From an uncultured bacterium (GTDB taxonomy: Bacteria; Krumholzibacteriota; Krumholzibacteriia; LZORAL124-64-63), in the NCBI GenBank assembly GCA_903912525.1, contig CAIWHK010000022.1, forward strand, positions 19,734-83,733: 64,000 nt of DNA, given 5' to 3'. Every line of letters begins with the position of its first letter. Position 1 is the first letter of the stretch. Both the position numbers and the translations under genes were made by a program. Positions 10,105 through 17,740 of the stretch are shown here, piece after piece. Under the pieces are notes generated by a model. The model ran no database searches and was not told the DNA's origin. It worked only from the letters and a program-made list of their open reading frames with translations.

Positions 10105-10374
10105 TTGAATCGCCTGCGCCTGCCGATCCTGATCCTGTCCGCCTGGCTGCTGGCGGGCATGGGCCTGTACGAACTGACGGCCAAATCGCCCACCTGGGCG
10201 GGCGAAGCCTGGCCGGGCTGGTGGGCCAGCGAGAAGGCCGAGCATGTGACCCGCTGGAAGCCGCCGACCGGCATCCTGCCCATCGACAAGGTCCTGCACG
10301 AGGGCGAGGAAGCCGCGCACTTCTACGCCACCCTGGCCGGTTCCCGGCCGTGGTTCCGCACCGGGCCTCAGTAG
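10105..10374 (+). CDS. hypothetical small membrane/secreted protein
   Basis: 89-codon ORF with a strongly G/C-ending third position and an N-terminal hydrophobic segment. TTG start, no recognisable family. 3' end overlaps the rsgA stop convergently. Confidence 0.4.
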   Translation: MNRLRLPILILSAWLLAGMGLYELTAKSPTWAGEAWPGWWASEKAEHVTRWKPPTGILPIDKVLHEGEEAAHFYATLAGSRPWFRTGPQ

Positions 10375-11342
10375 CCGGCGGAACGTTTCCGGTCCTCGAG
10401 ATCCCTCAGCAACGCCAGGTACGCTTCGTGTCGCCAGGCCGGCAGCCGGCCGCGCGCCACGGCGTCCTTGACGCCGCAACCGGGCTCGTCGCGGTGCAGG
10501 CACCCGCGGAAACGGCAATCGAGCGCTATCGTCTCGAGGTCCGGAAAATAGGCGCGGATGTCCGCCGGAGCAATGTCCCAGGGGTCGAAGCCGCGCAGCC
10601 CGGGCGAGTCGGCGATGAAGCCGCCGCCGGTCACCGCGTGGAGTTCCGTGTGGGTCGTGGTGTGGCGACCGAGGCCCGTGCGATCGGTGACCTCGTTGAC
10701 GCGCAGTCCCAGGTCGGGATAGAGCACATTCAGCAGGCTGCTCTTGCCCACGCCGGAGGCGCCCAGCAACAGCGAGACTTTCCCCGCCAGCAGGGCCGCC
10801 AGCTCGGGCACGCCTTCGGAGGTGGCGACCGAGGTCGGCACGACGTCGACCTCGAGCGTGCGGTAGTAGCCCCAGCGTTCCATTTCGCGCCGGCGCGAAG
10901 CCTCGTCACGGCAAAGATCGATCTTGTTGACGACGACGGCGCCGTGCACGTCGAACCGCAGCGCGGCGGCCAGCAGGCGGTCGACGAAGCCGGTCTGGGG
11001 CTCGGGATCGCGCACGGACTGGACCACGACCAGCTGGTCCAGGTTCGCCATGAGCACCTGCTCGACGCGCCCCCCGCTGCGGCGGGCCGCCATCCGCGAG
11101 ATGCGGTTCCGGCGCGGAAGGACCTCCTCCACGACGCCCTCGCGCCCGTCGGGCCCCTGCCCGGCCACCGCTTCGAACCGCACCCGATCCCCGGCAACAA
11201 CCAGCGACTGCACCTGTTTGGGCCCCTTCTTCAGGCGCCCGCGGACCTGGCATTGCCAGGTCTCCGGGGCCACGTACACCTGGCAATGCCCGGCGCCGGC
11301 CCGGATGACGATGCCCTCGCGCTGCTCTACGCCTTCGCTCAT
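10368..11342 (-). CDS. rsgA: ribosome small-subunit-dependent GTPase A
   Basis: Circularly permuted GTPase: NKIDL, GASGVGKSSL, DSPG, and C-terminal zinc cluster CRFRGCLHRDEPGC. Confidence 0.92.
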   Translation of the reverse strand: MSEGVEQREGIVIRAGAGHCQVYVAPETWQCQVRGRLKKGPKQVQSLVVAGDRVRFEAVAGQGPDGREGVVEEVLPRRNRISRMAARRSGGRVEQVLMANLDQLVVVQSVRDPEPQTGFVDRLLAAALRFDVHGAVVVNKIDLCRDEASRRREMERWGYYRTLEVDVVPTSVATSEGVPELAALLAGKVSLLLGASGVGKSSLLNVLYPDLGLRVNEVTDRTGLGRHTTTHTELHAVTGGGFIADSPGLRGFDPWDIAPADIRAYFPDLETIALDCRFRGCLHRDEPGCGVKDAVARGRLPAWRHEAYLALLRDLEDRKRSAGY

Positions 11343-11472
11343 GCAGTTCCTTCGGGGCCCGGCGCGCCGCCGCGGGGCCGTTTTGGATCTTGTCTATCGA
11401 CGGGTGATGGATTAGCTTGGCAGTCGAACAGGTAGCACAATTTTTCCGCATTCTCAAGAAGGTGCGCCCACC

Positions 11473-11934
11473 ATGGACATCGTCGAGGTGTTGAAGCATA
11501 CCTCACCTGCGCTCTTCCTGCCCGAATTGAAAGCCACCGACAAAGCCGCAGCCCTGGCCGAGATGGTCGAGGGGCTCGTCGCCGGCACCGACATCCAGAA
11601 CGCCGACACGATCCTGCAGATGCTCAAGAGCCGCGAGCACCTCGGCAGCACCGCGGTCGGCCCGGGCATCGCCTTCCCCCATGGGCGCACGCTGGCCGTG
11701 CAGCGGCTGACGATCCTGATCGCGCGCTCGCAGGCCGGCGTCGACTTCGACTCGGAGGACGGCGGCCCCACGTACCTGTTCTTCGTGCTCGTGGCGCCCC
11801 CGCAGGATTCCGGCCACCAGTACATCAAGTCGCTGGCGACCCTGATCGACCGGCTGCAGGATGCCGACATGCGCGCCAAGCTGCGCGACGCCGTTGACTA
11901 CGAATCGTTCTGTGCCGTCCTGAAGGGGGAGTGA
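11473..11934 (+). CDS. ptsN: PTS EIIA(Ntr)-type (type-2 EIIA) regulatory protein
   Basis: EIIA-2 fold motifs with active-site His context GIAFPHGR, and LFFVLVAP. Confidence 0.8.
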   Translation: MDIVEVLKHTSPALFLPELKATDKAAALAEMVEGLVAGTDIQNADTILQMLKSREHLGSTAVGPGIAFPHGRTLAVQRLTILIARSQAGVDFDSEDGGPTYLFFVLVAPPQDSGHQYIKSLATLIDRLQDADMRAKLRDAVDYESFCAVLKGE

Positions 11935-11936
11935 CC

Positions 11937-12275
11937 ATGCACCCGCAACTGCAACTGCTGGTCGCCCTCCAGGACATGGATCAGATGATCCGCGAGACCG
12001 AGGAAAGCCGCGAGCAGCTCGAGGACCTCGGCTTCAAGCACGAGGGCCTCGAGAACCTCAAGCGCGCGCGCGAGGACCTCGCCGGCCAGATCGACCCCAG
12101 CCTCGGCAGCTGGTACAAGCGCCTGACCGCGCGCTTCGGCCACGCCGTGGTGCCGGTGGTCGGCAACCTGTGCATGGGCTGCTTCGCGAGCATCCCCTCG
12201 TCGTTCGTCAGCAAGACCAACGTCGACAAGGTGCAGAAGTGCGAAAGCTGCGGGCGGCTGCTGTACTGGCCGTAG
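11937..12275 (+). CDS. coiled-coil plus C4 zinc-ribbon protein (COG1579-like)
   Basis: N-terminal coiled-coil, C-terminal CMGC...CESCGR. ATG at 11937 sits 6 nt after AAGGGGGA; GTG at 11931 is the alternative start. Confidence 0.7.
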   Translation: MHPQLQLLVALQDMDQMIRETEESREQLEDLGFKHEGLENLKRAREDLAGQIDPSLGSWYKRLTARFGHAVVPVVGNLCMGCFASIPSSFVSKTNVDKVQKCESCGRLLYWP

Positions 12276-12302
12276 GGCGGCGCGGAACGCGGATGCGACC
12301 TG

Positions 12303-12329
12303 GACCCGGCTTCGGCCGGGTCTTTTTTT
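12303..12329 (+). terminator. rho-independent terminator
   Basis: GACCCGGC-ttcg-GCCGGGTC followed by TTTTTTT. Confidence 0.85.
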
Positions 12330-12363
12330 GCGCCCACTGGTACACCGGGACGCCGCCGCAGGG

Positions 12364-12397
12364 CAAACGGAAGCGGGCGGCCACCAGGGCCGCCCGC
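12364..12397 (-). terminator. putative terminator of the cytochrome operon
   Basis: On the minus strand, a GCGGGCGGCC-ctggt-GGCCGCCCGC stem followed by ttccgtttg. Confidence 0.55.
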
Positions 12398-12422
12398 CTC
12401 GACAGGAATCCGCGCGGCCGGC

Positions 12423-13433
12423 TTAGCCCGGGGTGCGCGAGTTCATGTAGTTGATCGACGACTGCAGCAGGTCGCGGGCGTACGCGGGGTTGTGCACGCC
12501 ATGGCTGCGGTCCTCGGTGCCGATGTACATGAAGTTCCAGATCGCGCCGGCGTCGTCGGCCGGACGGCCGGTGGCCGTCAGCGGCGTGCCCGAGGCGTTC
12601 ACGAAGCCGGCCGTCACCAGCAGGGCCTTGAGGTCGACCAGCAGGCCGTCGATCTCGGTCTGGACGCCGTTGTAGTCGTAGTTGTCGCCGATGTCCTCGT
12701 GGCAGCCGACGCAGGCCTGCGTGTTGTAGACCACGGTCACGCCGTCCTCGCCCAGGGCCGTCACGTTGAACGTGTGGCCGCCCACTTCGTAGGCCACGTT
12801 GCGCATGTGGCAGTTCACGCAACCGTCCTCGTTCATCGTGCGATGGTACGGGGTCTCGGTGTACGTGTAGCCTTCATACTCGTAGCCGTTGGCGCCCATC
12901 AGCAGGTCGCCCTGGGGGCCGTGGTGCGGGCCGTAGCGGCTGTTGATGTTGTTGCTGGACGTGATGTACACGGCCACGTCGCGACGGGCCTGGTGGCAGA
13001 CCACGCAGGTGTTGCCCTTGCCCAGGTCGTAGCTCTCGCCGTTCAGCAGCGCCACCGGGGCGGTGATGCGCAGGCCGAAGTCGCCGTTGCTGTGCGGCGC
13101 GTGGCACGTGAAGCAGTTGATGTTCGTCGGCGTCGTCGTGGCCGTGTAGGTCGTCGCGCCGTTGACGTACTGGATAAAGCCCTCGTTGGCGTGGCAACGC
13201 ACGCACGACGGGTTCGTGCCCTCGAAGACGGTCTCACCCTCGCCGTGACGGCTCTCGGCCCACTCGGTCTGGGCACGGACCACGCTCAGGTCCACGTCGG
13301 AGTGGCATTCGAAGCAATTGGACGGCTGCGGATCTTCCTGCACGATGGTCGTGATTTCCCTGGTGCAGGCCGACAGGGCCAGCAGGCCCACGATGCCGAC
13401 CAAGATCAGTAGATGCTTGCGAGTCAGCGACAT
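12423..13433 (-). CDS. hexahaem c-type cytochrome lipoprotein
   Basis: Lipobox LSAC. Six CxxCH motifs: CFECH, CVRCH, CFTCH, CVVCH, CVNCH, CVGCH. RBS AAGGAGG. Confidence 0.9.
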   Translation of the reverse strand: MSLTRKHLLILVGIVGLLALSACTREITTIVQEDPQPSNCFECHSDVDLSVVRAQTEWAESRHGEGETVFEGTNPSCVRCHANEGFIQYVNGATTYTATTTPTNINCFTCHAPHSNGDFGLRITAPVALLNGESYDLGKGNTCVVCHQARRDVAVYITSSNNINSRYGPHHGPQGDLLMGANGYEYEGYTYTETPYHRTMNEDGCVNCHMRNVAYEVGGHTFNVTALGEDGVTVVYNTQACVGCHEDIGDNYDYNGVQTEIDGLLVDLKALLVTAGFVNASGTPLTATGRPADDAGAIWNFMYIGTEDRSHGVHNPAYARDLLQSSINYMNSRTPG

Positions 13434-13470
13434 TACCTTTCCTCCTTGTACCGGTCGTTTCTAACGCGGA

Positions 13471-15045
13471 TCAGTCCACAGGCAACTTGTAACCGACATT
13501 CAGCGAGATGACGTTCGTCGTGAAGTAGCGGTCGAGCAGGACGTAGTCGTCGTAGTTGTACACGTTGTAGCGCACACTCACGAAGTAGTCCCGGCTCAGG
13601 TCGTACTTGCCGTCGAACGTCAGGATGGATTTCTCGACGTCCAGGTCCTTGCCGAGGTCCAGGTAGGTGACCCCGCCGCCCAACCGCAGCCCCTTGACGC
13701 CGGTCAGGTCGACGCGGGCGGTCACGGTGCTGTTGTCGGCGCGGTAGGCTCCTGCCTGGTCCACGTACTCGTCGTCACTGTAGGCGTACTCGACCGACGC
13801 CGTGCCCCACTGCGTCAGCGCCAGGCGCGTGAAGCCACTGTAGCGCTTCCCGGTGGCGGTGACGTCGAGGACCGGATAGTCGCGATCGCGCTGCAGGAAG
13901 GCGGCGCCGACGGTCAGCCGGTCGTTCACCTTGGCCTGGGCGCTGGCCCGCCAGCGGCTGGACTCGATGTCCTTGAGCAGCGTCAGGCTCTCCTGGTCGT
14001 CACGCTCGCTCGTGGCGTAGCTGGCGCGAAGCTGCCAGCGCGGATCGTGGTACGAGCCGCCGATGCGCCACGTGTTGGTGTCGGTCAGGGTCTTGTCGTC
14101 GTCGGTCGTGGCGTAGCCGTAGCCGGCGAAGAACGAGCCTCTCGCGCGGCGCCAGGTCACGTCGACGTCGTTGCGGGTGCGGTCGGTCTGCAGGCCGGTC
14201 GCATCGCTCTCGATGCGGCTGCCGTCGAACCGGTAGCGCAGCTCGACGTCGTCCGCGGCCTTCACGGTGCCGAAGTACTGGAAGGCCGACGTCGTGCAAT
14301 CGAGCGCCGTGTCGTCCAGCTCCTGCGTCCCGTACGAGGCGCGCACGAAGTGCGAGACCTTGCCCGGGAACAGTAGGCACGGCAGGCTGGCGCGCGCCGA
14401 GATGACGTTCCCGGAGCGGTCCATGCCCGCGTGCAGGTCGTCGGCCAGGCTCGATTTCTCGACGCCGACCGCGAACATCCGCCCGTCCTGGCGGTACTCG
14501 CCCTCCAGGAAGTGCGTCTGCAGCAGGTAGTCGTAGCCGGTCCCCAGCGCCGAGATCGTGCCGTCGGGGATGGCCCAGCGGTCGCCTTCGCGCGCCTGGC
14601 GGCCGTAGTCGGCCGTGAAGCGGAACGAAGAGCCGGGCGTCACGCGCGCGCTGAAGTTCCAGTCGCGGCGCTCGGCGCTGACCTGGTCGTCGACGCTGTA
14701 GAAATGCCGGGACTGGTGGTGGCGCACGCTGAACGTGCCCAGGTCGGCCACGCGGTAGGTGAACATCCCCTGGCCGCCATGGTCGTTCAGGTCACGGATA
14801 TCCAGGTGGAAAGCCGTGCGGTCGCCCGTCGTCCCGTCGAGATTCAGGCGGGACAGGTTCAGCCCGTCGTAGACATTCCAGAACTCGGGCATCGTGCTCG
14901 CATCGCCGGTCGTCTTCTCGACGTAGACCTTCCCGACTTCGAGCGTGCCGCCCACCGTGCCGGCCAGGGCCGGCTGCGTGAGGACCAGGGCCACGACCAG
15001 CAGCGAGCCGGCCGACAGGATCCGATTCATGACTTGGTTACGCAT
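13471..15045 (-). CDS. outer-membrane beta-barrel protein, candidate MtrB/PioB-like porin partner of the flanking cytochromes
   Basis: Signal peptide (LTQPALA/GT), then about 500 aa of alternating-polarity, Tyr/Asp/Arg-rich strand-like repeats. RBS AGAGGGGG overlaps the upstream stop. Family assignment rests on context and composition only. Confidence 0.65.
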   Translation of the reverse strand: MRNQVMNRILSAGSLLVVALVLTQPALAGTVGGTLEVGKVYVEKTTGDASTMPEFWNVYDGLNLSRLNLDGTTGDRTAFHLDIRDLNDHGGQGMFTYRVADLGTFSVRHHQSRHFYSVDDQVSAERRDWNFSARVTPGSSFRFTADYGRQAREGDRWAIPDGTISALGTGYDYLLQTHFLEGEYRQDGRMFAVGVEKSSLADDLHAGMDRSGNVISARASLPCLLFPGKVSHFVRASYGTQELDDTALDCTTSAFQYFGTVKAADDVELRYRFDGSRIESDATGLQTDRTRNDVDVTWRRARGSFFAGYGYATTDDDKTLTDTNTWRIGGSYHDPRWQLRASYATSERDDQESLTLLKDIESSRWRASAQAKVNDRLTVGAAFLQRDRDYPVLDVTATGKRYSGFTRLALTQWGTASVEYAYSDDEYVDQAGAYRADNSTVTARVDLTGVKGLRLGGGVTYLDLGKDLDVEKSILTFDGKYDLSRDYFVSVRYNVYNYDDYVLLDRYFTTNVISLNVGYKLPVD

Positions 15046-15057
15046 TCCGCACCCCCT

Positions 15058-16035
15058 CTAGTGGCCGCCGTGGCACCCGATCGCAAGACAGCCTTGGGGC
15101 TGCAGCGCGGGCGTCAGGAGGAGCCGGTTGGTGTACGAGCCGTGCACGTCGACATGGCATTCGTTGCAGGACACGCCGGCAAAGCGGTCACCGTGCATGC
15201 TGTTCATGTTGTGCCCCGGCACCGTGTGGCACTGCGAGCACAACTGGAAGTGCGGCGCCGCATAGGGCTGCTTCAGCAGCACCAGCTGGGCCGACCCGTG
15301 CGGATCGTGGCAGTTCAGGCAGCCGCCGTCCTCGACCGAGTAGTCGAGGGTCGCGGCATGCTCGAACGGGAACGGCCCGCGCATATTCGCGTGGCACTTG
15401 GCGCAGGTCGCGTTCACGTCGCGGCGGACCGCGCCGGCCATGCCGTCGTCACCCGAAAGGTGGCAATCGGTGCAACGGACCGCGCCCTCCTCGACCGGGT
15501 GGTGCGACAGCTGCGCGAACTGGCCGCGGACGCCGGTGTGGCACCCGTAGCACAGCTCCGGCTGCGAGGCGTGCAGCAGCCCCATGGCGGTACCTTCGTG
15601 CACACTGTGGCAGGCCGTGCAGGACACGTCAGCCGCGGCGTGCGCGCTGAGCGTCTGCTGGTTGACCTGGTGAACGCCCTGGTGGCAGGTCGCGCACACA
15701 GCGGACACTTCCCTGGCACCCAGCTTGGCCGGGTTGGCCATCGGGTTGGCCGAGGGGTCGTCCTGCCAGTGAGCCGGCTGGCCGGCGTGGCAACTGGTGC
15801 AGGAGATGCGGGTGGCCACATCCCCGGCCGCACCCATCAGCACCCGGTGCGGGCTGGCGGCCAGCGTTGCCGCCAGGCCGTCGTGGCAGTCCAGGCAGAC
15901 CGCAGTCTGGCCGGAACCGCCGGCGTCCGTGGCAGCCTCGGCGGCTCCCAGCGGCCCGGCGTTCCACGCCAGGCCGAGGGCGCAGCACAGCAGGCCGCCC
16001 ACGAACCATGACAATTTCCTGAAGTCAGCGTCCAA
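15058..16035 (-). CDS. MtrA/DmsE-family decahaem c-type cytochrome (periplasmic)
   Basis: Ten CxxCH motifs plus a terminal CLAIGCH. GPFPFEH...GGCLNCHDPHGS block as in MtrA/DmsE. TTG at 16035 (GAGG 8 nt upstream) gives a normal signal peptide. The ORF is open up to the ATG at 16149, but that stretch is AT-rich and polar. Confidence 0.88.
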   Translation of the reverse strand: MDADFRKLSWFVGGLLCCALGLAWNAGPLGAAEAATDAGGSGQTAVCLDCHDGLAATLAASPHRVLMGAAGDVATRISCTSCHAGQPAHWQDDPSANPMANPAKLGAREVSAVCATCHQGVHQVNQQTLSAHAAADVSCTACHSVHEGTAMGLLHASQPELCYGCHTGVRGQFAQLSHHPVEEGAVRCTDCHLSGDDGMAGAVRRDVNATCAKCHANMRGPFPFEHAATLDYSVEDGGCLNCHDPHGSAQLVLLKQPYAAPHFQLCSQCHTVPGHNMNSMHGDRFAGVSCNECHVDVHGSYTNRLLLTPALQPQGCLAIGCHGGH

Positions 16036-16112
16036 AGTGGAAACCTCTCGGTTCGGGTTGAGCGCCTCGTCGCGGAATATCCCTAGCGGAGAGTTGGTTG
16101 ATCGGTTGGAAG

Positions 16113-16149
16113 TGTCAAGCGCTTTAGTTGACAAATTAACAATTGTCAA
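16113..16149 (-). promoter_or_regulatory. TTGACA/TGTCAA inverted-repeat array upstream of the cytochrome operon
   Basis: TGTCAA (16113-16118), TTGACA (16128-16133) and TTGTCAA (16143-16149) form nested inverted repeats in an AT-rich stretch about 80-110 nt upstream of the proposed start. Confidence 0.4.
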
Positions 16150-16212
16150 CCAAGTGCCTCCAGATTAATCACTTCCGTGACGATAACGACTCTCGTTTCC
16201 TTCCGCTGGGCG

Positions 16213-16244
16213 ACAAAAAGAAGCGACTCCCGAAGGAGTCGCTT
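16213..16244 (-). terminator. rho-independent terminator ending the six-gene envelope operon
   Basis: Minus strand: AAGCGACTCC-ttcg-GGAGTCGCTT followed by CTTTTTGT. Confidence 0.85.
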
Positions 16245-16313
16245 GCAAGAGGTGTGACAATTGTGTGACGCGAAAGGAAATACCCGATCAGCGCTTCCCG
16301 AGCGCCGGAAAGG

Positions 16314-17561
16314 TCAGTCTTCCCGCCCCGCCAGGGCGCCGGCATTGGCGACGACCCGGGTGATGCGCTCGACGATCTCCTTTTTTTCGCCGCCGTCGTC
16401 CTTGACCCCGAGATCCTCGCGCGCCCACGTCGCCTGCGGGAAGGGCCCGAGGCTCTCCAGCTCTTCCCAGCTGGTCACGCCGGTCTCCTTGCGGAAGACC
16501 AGGTCGCCGGTTTCGCCGCGATCGACCGTGATCAGGTCGCCGCGACGGATCTGCTCGCTGCAGATGAAATGGCTGATCGGGGTGACGATCTGCATCTCGA
16601 CGACACGCTTGAGCGGCCGGGCGCCGAACTGGACGTCGGTGCCGGTCTCGACCAGGAAGCGCTTGGCCTCCTGGGTGATCTCCAGCAGGAACGGCTCGCA
16701 GCAACGCAACGACCGGTGGTGCACCTGGGCGATCAGGATGTCGAGGATCGCGTACAGGTGCTGCTCCTTCAGCGTGTGGTAGGTGATGATCTCGTCGAAG
16801 CGGTTCAGGAACTCGAACGGGAAGACCTTTTTTGCCGCCCGCATGGCCGCATCTTCCACGTCGCGGTCCAGCTTGGCCTCGCTGGTGCCCGTCGAGAACC
16901 CGATGCCGTTCTGCGAGAGGTGGGCGCCCATCGCCTCGCTGCCGACGTTCGACGTCAGGATGATGATCGACTGCCGGAAGTCGACTTCCTCGTTGTTGCC
17001 CAGCACGACGGTGCCGTCCTCGAGGATGCCCAGCAGCAGGTTCCACAGCTTCGGGTGCGCCTTCTCGATCTCATCGAACAGGATGATCGACAGGTGGCGT
17101 TCGCTTTCGGGCGGGAACAGGCGACCGAGCTTGCTGTCGGTCTCACTGATCATGCCGGTCTGGGCGTCCAGCGCCTTGCGGTGGTGCCGATCGATGTTCT
17201 CCTGCGACAGGAGCGGGCGGATCTCGCCACCCACATAGCCCGGCGGCGAACCCAGCAGCTTCGAGATGTTGTAATGCGCGGAATATTCCTGGCAATTGAT
17301 CCGCGTGAACGCGCGGCGGTTGCCGAACACGGTCTCGGCCAACGCACGCACGGTCTCGGTCTTGCCGACGCCCGTCGGGCCCATGAACATCATCGTCAGC
17401 AGCGGCCGCTCCGGGTCATGGACGCCGGCGATCAGGCGGCTGAAGCTGTCGGACATCTTCTCGATCGCCTGGGGCTGCCCTACGACCATCTTGTTCATGT
17501 GCGCGGCAAAGCGGGAGATCTGCTCATTGCGCTTCTCATGGCGGAGAATCTTCACGTCCAT
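16314..17561 (-). CDS. single-module AAA+ ATPase related to the ClpA/ClpB D2 domain
   Basis: Walker A GPTGVGKT, Walker B IILFDEIEKAHP, sensor-1 ILTSN, GARPLKR, and D2-small-like C-terminus. No N-domain or D1. Start is uncertain (ATG at 17561, 17618 or 17657). Confidence 0.8.
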   Translation of the reverse strand: MDVKILRHEKRNEQISRFAAHMNKMVVGQPQAIEKMSDSFSRLIAGVHDPERPLLTMMFMGPTGVGKTETVRALAETVFGNRRAFTRINCQEYSAHYNISKLLGSPPGYVGGEIRPLLSQENIDRHHRKALDAQTGMISETDSKLGRLFPPESERHLSIILFDEIEKAHPKLWNLLLGILEDGTVVLGNNEEVDFRQSIIILTSNVGSEAMGAHLSQNGIGFSTGTSEAKLDRDVEDAAMRAAKKVFPFEFLNRFDEIITYHTLKEQHLYAILDILIAQVHHRSLRCCEPFLLEITQEAKRFLVETGTDVQFGARPLKRVVEMQIVTPISHFICSEQIRRGDLITVDRGETGDLVFRKETGVTSWEELESLGPFPQATWAREDLGVKDDGGEKKEIVERITRVVANAGALAGRED

Positions 17562-17740
17562 GTCCTGTTCGTTGGCGTCAGGTCGGCTGCCGGTTCGGAC
17601 GGCAGTCGGGACATCCATGTCCTGGGGCAGATGAGCGAAACCCACCCGTGGCGCCATTTTCGGACGCCAACGGGTGGGCTTGAGGGCAAATGCAGAAGGA
17701 AAGGGAGCGCAAATCATGCGCTCCCTTGAGATTATGGTGG

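Noticed and set aside
11417-11437. Possible sigma-54 promoter (TGGCAG-N...-TAGCA) upstream of the ptsN-like gene
   Set aside because: The spacing and the -12 element do not fit TGGCAC-N5-TTGCW. The resemblance is limited to the GG dinucleotide context.
16036-16149. ATG at 16149 as the start of the decahaem cytochrome
   Set aside because: It would add 38 polar residues ahead of the signal peptide. The stretch is AT-rich and full of inverted repeats. TTG at 16035 with GAGG upstream gives a canonical signal peptide. It is kept only as an alternative.
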